The translations under genes were made by a program, and so were the position numbers. From the IMG/VR virus record IMGVR_UViG_3300020048_000111: a stretch of DNA of 64,000 nt. One strand, 5' to 3'. The stretch is from an uncultured virus (IMG/VR IMGVR_UViG_3300020048_000111) (lineage: Duplodnaviria > Heunggongvirae > Uroviricota > Caudoviricetes). The stretch's first letter is position 1; each line of letters opens with the position of its first letter. Positions 59,901 to 64,000 of this stretch are shown here, piece by piece. A model generated the notes under the pieces. It searched no databases, was not told where the DNA came from, and worked only from the letters and a program-made list of their open reading frames with translations.

Positions 59901-62433
59901 ATTTGGCACTTTATTATTGGCATTAGAGAATATTGCTAAATCAAAAGGAAAAAGTGCTTTTGATTTAATAGCAAAGGTGAAAGATAATGAATTAGTGTTA
60001 CATGAAAAGGTAGATAAAGAATTCTTAAATAATCTCTCAAAAGCTCAACAGGAAAAGAATAAAGCATTTCTTTTAGAAAACTTAAACCTGGAAGCATATA
60101 AAAAATTAGCAGAAGAGGTAATAACAAAACAGAATGAAATTATTGAATCTACTCATTATTCCTCTGAAGATAGGGATAATGAGGAGAGAAAGGTGTATGA
60201 AAAAGAGAAAATAAAGAATGCTCTTTCTATTGAGAGTAAATCCTTCAATGGGTACACTAATGGTACATTCAATAGACTTTATAGAATGACAATGAAAGCT
60301 GATGAGCATCTTTCAGAGAGTTATAAAGAAATGGCAAAGGATAAAGCTGTTCTTGATATGTGGGAGTTTCTTACAGAACTAAATCAGAAAGCTATTGAAA
60401 TGGGTTATCTATCTTATGGAAAATCTTCTTTTTTTGCTTTAATAGAGGCTACAATGATCCAAAAATTAAGAGCTTCTAATAATATGTTAGAGGAAGCTTC
60501 TGATATGTTTAAAGATTTATATTCTGTAAGGATAAATGAAGAACATGCTTATTCTAAATTGGATAAGGAAACAGGACAGATAAAGAGAGTGATTCCTAAA
60601 TTGTTTACAAGAACAGATAAAGCAATTAATCAACTCTCACAAGACCTTACAATGGTTGGCCCTTTATGGATAAAATCATTATATGAATATAAAGCATCTG
60701 TAGATATGGAACTCCCTCTTCTCACCTTATTAGAGGTGGAGAGAAATAAAGACCATATTATTGTAGAAAAAGGCGATATAGTATTTGATGAAAGTGGTAA
60801 ACCAAGAATAGGAAGAGGAAATACCAATGCAGAAATCTTAGCAACACAAATTGATGATATTGTATATGGACTTAGAGAAGACACTTCTTCACTTGGAAAT
60901 GTTGTTATATCCCAAGGAGCAAATGCTGTGTCAAAAAATGAAGAAATAGGAGAAGCAAGAGCAGTAAATATAAGAAAGGGTATTGAGAATATGAATGCTC
61001 TTACACAAAGTTTAGCAGTGGGTTTGAGATGGATGATTATGATTCCCAACTATTTTGGAAATCAGTTTCAATCTTTCATAAATAATGGAAAATTATACAC
61101 CTATTCAGAATACCTTGCTAATCATGGAAAGATGATTACAGGAATAAATCTAACAACAATACAGAAAGGACTTATTGATCTTATAGTTCCTCTGAATGGT
61201 GATCCATATATGGAAGCAAGAAGAAAAATTGCATGGAAACAAGGACTTGCAAAATGGTTAGGAACATGGACAATGCAGGAAGCAATGATGTCTTCCAACT
61301 ACCTTCCTGAAAGAAACCTACAATTTACTAATGCTCTTTCATTTATTGATAATGCAATGGTGGTAGATGGTAAAATTGTGAATATAAGACAACATCTTTC
61401 AAGACAAGATGAAAGTAGATATAAGAAAGATGAGAATGGTAAATTTATCATGTCTCAAGAGGAACGTAAATCCTATGAAAAAACATTTAACGAAAGAGTA
61501 AAAGCATTAAAAGATAGCTCCTCTTTAGATAAGATAGCAAAAATTGAAAATGATGAGGTGGTAATTCCTGGTGTTTCAAATAAAGAATTAGCAAAATTCA
61601 GAACACAAATAGTTGAATGGGGAAGAAACTTAAATGGGCAAATGAGTCAGGAGAATAAAGCAGGGTATAGAAGGGATATTCTTTTAAAATCCTTTGCTAT
61701 GTTCAGGAATTGGATTATAAGACAATCCTCTGTAAGAGCGCATGATATTATGTATAATACAGAGATTAATGATTGGGAATATGGTAGAACAAGAGCATTT
61801 ATGAAAGCATGGATACAGGCCTGTAATTGGAATATCCTAAAAATGATGGATATAATGAATGGTACAGATGAAGGTTTGGCTATTATGGATGAAATGCTTG
61901 TAAGAAAAAAAGAAGAGTATTATAAAAAGAATGGAAAAGTGCTTGAAATTACCAATGAACAATTTTATGATATGATGAGAACAGCTCTTTCAAATGAAAT
62001 GAAAGAACTTGGAACATTATTAGGGCTTATGACAGTGGTAATTGGTGCTAAATTAGCTGCTCCTCCTCCGGATGAAGATGTTCTTACAAGAAATAAATAC
62101 AAATATTTCTTAAAACTCATTAATAAAATAACAGATGAGGTGCGGTTTTATTATAGTCCTGTATCATTCTTGAGTATGACAAGAGGTAGTTTCCTTCCTG
62201 CTCTTGGTTTAATTGGTAAAGCACAAAAAGCAATTACAGCATTAGGAACAGAAACTATAGGTTATATGGGTGATAATGAAAAACTTATGAAAGACACACA
62301 TACAGCAAAATATTTCCTGGATATTATTCCTGTAGCTTCACAATTTCAAAGAGATTGGCTTCCATTAATAGACCCTGAATTTGCAAAAGAAATGGGAATA
62401 GTGGTAACAGCACAACCTAGAATTCAGCAATAA
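56998..62433 (+). CDS. large internal virion (cargo) protein with degenerate zincin and PD-(D/E)xK-like segments
   Basis: 1811 aa; LTEEMVH; G...H...E......VD.....DWK......Q...Y pattern. Confidence 0.7.
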   Translation: MPCKIQIRQNIVFNVQQLSDKYLSNSLEDAREGAIKINQMYNADVVSFGMTGGEDVITANIHIPEEVVDRYYENEVYLEEEDARILQNNEIERGGYTEEDRGTFFQLGNDNEIVKEIRKTKPFTFNAPEGEPSIEWEYSTTIDEDIYNFTAGIYNYYNEDTETVDKYFDIDFDVNGSDELVGKNLFARKKQIIPIINAFMTKASSYQSVDKIRLTSSLEQGPKKAQQRALLYKRVMDELGFQFDSFADNGETVLYKMPQRNMMNQTEDVPASKASPDTIAKVKEACAKMGISIQALSEYIKNNPNVNTKGINGLADLVKGIIALSEGREGVALTEEMVHIATSILEQSFPKMVTEMISKIDRFAIYKKVYDSYKGKYVTKEGKPDIRRIKKEAVDKLIAELIINNNENATEFPELMEEQNRSLIKRWWENILDWFRGQYRKTNIDIFNIASKEIMEGNLQFYPKEQQGEGIYYQIEKNEAVDRIYNIYKEKASRLELFPEETDSSGKVIKKRHYTFDGKEVARSVTEKTKASNKMPERTAAQLLDDEQKRDWGLAGHAFIQNDIEVNLIDKDGYAREVFLDERINSPLDEEITDKLKIFNRELIRSYPKGTRFLIELKVINEKEKGLLASTVDFKAIEPTADGKDFRIDTLDWKFMNINKDHEEDVPWYKQKDWKPQMGEYSKIDREYGVTSKQIRKARMIPFQMNYEYRNTKNKEKVLYATSIEIGKLDSLTETNLYLLPVPTDIESTGSEKIDALVSSLDMYYEKLAKMPVSPLEKDIKKGQLAELSKAIRVLRMKMDFEPLANVGKTFLENAKKVLDTLRDVDYSTMSQKDINKKLAELLEFKKSAEKFASLDKVFLSYYPKNTLDEQGRKTLATLRSIAGATDVMLEDIVDLQKEYTVQFALIEGITKEENKSTILEPEKEIGGFYRMLSEASLLSSKIINIATNYILNVKGETNILIEKETKKFGTLLLALENIAKSKGKSAFDLIAKVKDNELVLHEKVDKEFLNNLSKAQQEKNKAFLLENLNLEAYKKLAEEVITKQNEIIESTHYSSEDRDNEERKVYEKEKIKNALSIESKSFNGYTNGTFNRLYRMTMKADEHLSESYKEMAKDKAVLDMWEFLTELNQKAIEMGYLSYGKSSFFALIEATMIQKLRASNNMLEEASDMFKDLYSVRINEEHAYSKLDKETGQIKRVIPKLFTRTDKAINQLSQDLTMVGPLWIKSLYEYKASVDMELPLLTLLEVERNKDHIIVEKGDIVFDESGKPRIGRGNTNAEILATQIDDIVYGLREDTSSLGNVVISQGANAVSKNEEIGEARAVNIRKGIENMNALTQSLAVGLRWMIMIPNYFGNQFQSFINNGKLYTYSEYLANHGKMITGINLTTIQKGLIDLIVPLNGDPYMEARRKIAWKQGLAKWLGTWTMQEAMMSSNYLPERNLQFTNALSFIDNAMVVDGKIVNIRQHLSRQDESRYKKDENGKFIMSQEERKSYEKTFNERVKALKDSSSLDKIAKIENDEVVIPGVSNKELAKFRTQIVEWGRNLNGQMSQENKAGYRRDILLKSFAMFRNWIIRQSSVRAHDIMYNTEINDWEYGRTRAFMKAWIQACNWNILKMMDIMNGTDEGLAIMDEMLVRKKEEYYKKNGKVLEITNEQFYDMMRTALSNEMKELGTLLGLMTVVIGAKLAAPPPDEDVLTRNKYKYFLKLINKITDEVRFYYSPVSFLSMTRGSFLPALGLIGKAQKAITALGTETIGYMGDNEKLMKDTHTAKYFLDIIPVASQFQRDWLPLIDPEFAKEMGIVVTAQPRIQQ

Positions 62434-62506
62434 GCAATAATATGGCATTTATGCTATATTAACACTAAAATAAAAAAATAGCAAAAGGAAAAACAACTAA
62501 TAAATG

Positions 62507-62514
62507 TATATTTG
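62507..62514 (+). promoter_or_regulatory. sigma-A -7 element TATATTTG
   Basis: TAnnTTTG 16 nt upstream of the ATG at 62531. Confidence 0.5.
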
Positions 62515-62530
62515 TAAGAGCAAAGAGCCT

Positions 62531-63004
62531 ATGAAACTCTCAGAACATTTAACATTAGCAGAAGTAATTCGCAGTGATACTGCAAAGAGAAATGGTATTA
62601 GTAATATACCTACAGATAATCATCTTGATAGTTTAAAAATTCTTGCTGAAAAGATATTTGAACCTATAAGAACTCATTTTGATGTTCCTATTTATGTATC
62701 AAGTGGGTATAGAAGTGCAGAGTTAAATAAACTAATAAAAGGAGCCACATCAAGTCAGCATTTAAAAGGTGAAGCACTAGATTTAGATCAAGATGGTTCT
62801 CCTTATGGCATTACAAATGCTAACGTATTTAATTACATTAAAGACCATCTCTCATTTGATCAATTAATTTGGGAAGCAGGAAATAATCAAAATCCTGATT
62901 GGGTACATGTAAGCTTTAATACTTCATCCGGAGGAATACAAAGGAAACAAGTATTAAGGATGACAAAATTTGGAGGAGCAATTCAATACCTACCTTATAA
63001 GTAA
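62531..63004 (+). CDS. peptidase M15 family endolysin
   Basis: SSGYRS..LN....GA..SQH..GEA.D, FDQLIWE and WVHVS motifs; MKLSEH start preferred over 62504. Confidence 0.88.
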   Translation: MKLSEHLTLAEVIRSDTAKRNGISNIPTDNHLDSLKILAEKIFEPIRTHFDVPIYVSSGYRSAELNKLIKGATSSQHLKGEALDLDQDGSPYGITNANVFNYIKDHLSFDQLIWEAGNNQNPDWVHVSFNTSSGGIQRKQVLRMTKFGGAIQYLPYK

Positions 63005-63010
63005 TACAAT

Positions 63011-64000
63011 ATGAAGATATCAAAGCAAATAGGTTGGAATGAAGAAAGTAATTTACTTTTTCAAATAACACAATATTTGGAAAGGCTTACTAGGTTAGTA
63101 GCAAAGGTACAGGGTACTGTTGATCCTACTAAAACTTCTGATCTTCTAAATGATAGTGGATTTATAACTATTGCTGATGTCCCTTCCACTACAAATGAAT
63201 TAACTAATGATAGTGGTTTTATTACAGGAGCAGGTGTATCTACAAATGAAACTGATCCTCTTTCTTTACATACAGATCAAACTGCTCCACAAACTCTTGT
63301 AAATGGTATTCCTTTATTAGAATCTACAAGAAACATAACAACAGATCATCAACTTGTAGATAAGTATTATGTAGATACAAGACCTACAGGAGGTGTAAAA
63401 TCTTGGTACTTTACAAAAACAGCTTCTGATATAGCAGGAATGTATGTTGCTCAAACAGCTCTTCCTTTAAATGCAATACAGACTATTGCTGTAGCAGCAA
63501 ATGATGGGGAAACTACAATTGCTGAATTTCTCACACCATTAAGTACTCCTGATTATAGAGTAATTGAAGGTATGAGATTTTTTTATGTAACAGCAAAGGT
63601 GTCTCATGTTAATAAAGTGACACAATTAAGAGGAGAGGTGTGGCTCACTGACTTAAATGGTGCAAATGGTGTATTACTAAGAACATCATCTCCTACCATT
63701 CCATTAACTATAGTGGATGCAGAATATGTAGTGTCAGTATATGGTGAATCTTTATTTATTGATCATACCACTACAAGGGTGTTATTTAAAATAATTGCAA
63801 TAAAAGAGGTGGGGGGAGTTGCCCCTACAGTTACTCTCACTGTTGATGATGACACATTTTCAAGACTTGATGTTCCTTCTCCTGTAGGTGTAACTGAATT
63901 AATAGCTATAGATGACACACACACTGCTAGTATAAATAATGTAGGTAAAATCAGATATAGGGTGAGTGGTACTAATAGTTATTGTGATATGGTAATGCAG
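63011..64000 (+). CDS. fibre-like structural protein, truncated at the window end
   Basis: Hand-translated and open for 330 codons: KQIGW.EE..LL start, two L.NDSGFIT repeats, ETDP. Confidence 0.75.
   Translation, partial: MKISKQIGWNEESNLLFQITQYLERLTRLVAKVQGTVDPTKTSDLLNDSGFITIADVPSTTNELTNDSGFITGAGVSTNETDPLSLHTDQTAPQTLVNGIPLLESTRNITTDHQLVDKYYVDTRPTGGVKSWYFTKTASDIAGMYVAQTALPLNAIQTIAVAANDGETTIAEFLTPLSTPDYRVIEGMRFFYVTAKVSHVNKVTQLRGEVWLTDLNGANGVLLRTSSPTIPLTIVDAEYVVSVYGESLFIDHTTTRVLFKIIAIKEVGGVAPTVTLTVDDDTFSRLDVPSPVGVTELIAIDDTHTASINNVGKIRYRVSGTNSYCDMVMQ

Noticed and set aside
4650..61049. Many minus-strand and alternative-frame ORFs in the track that overlap long plus-strand genes
   Set aside because: They are shadow ORFs with antisense-like composition and no motifs or leaders
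62504..62530. Longer endolysin start MYICKSKEP
   Set aside because: It overlaps a TAnnTTTG promoter box, and MKLSEH at 62531 matches the usual family start
4344..64000. Stop-codon reassignment, known in some crAss-like phages
   Set aside because: Genes are full length under the standard code, TAG and TGA act as stops at sensible gene ends, and no suppressor tRNA was seen

Overview
This window is about 64 kb of an AT-rich crAss-like (Crassvirales-type) Bacteroidota phage genome that uses the standard genetic code. From 1 to 4.2 kb there are small hypothetical minus-strand genes separated by hairpins and repeated motifs (probably the early region). From 4.3 kb to the end there is a continuous plus-strand late/structural block. 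It encodes an HTH protein, HU/IHF-like proteins, large terminase, portal, scaffold-like protein, major capsid protein, an initiator-like tRNA-Met, ring/tail proteins and a tail stabilisation (muzzle) region, followed by ejected cargo proteins, a 4606-aa virion RNA polymerase polyprotein with a DFDID motif, an 1811-aa cargo protein, an M15 endolysin and a truncated fibre gene. Three free-standing homing endonuclease genes and three N-gaps are present. The most unusual signals are: (1) a muzzle protein that appears split over three ORFs, with adhesin or depolymerase modules inserted between poly-Thr tracts; (2) recurrent AQxG/xxGG motifs dividing the cargo proteins into modules, as in a polyprotein; (3) a TAATC-N5-GATTA palindrome in front of several late operons; (4) repeated motifs in the early region; (5) apparent GGWCC and CTGG avoidance with CCGG excess. 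All product calls come from motif recognition by eye; no database searches were run.
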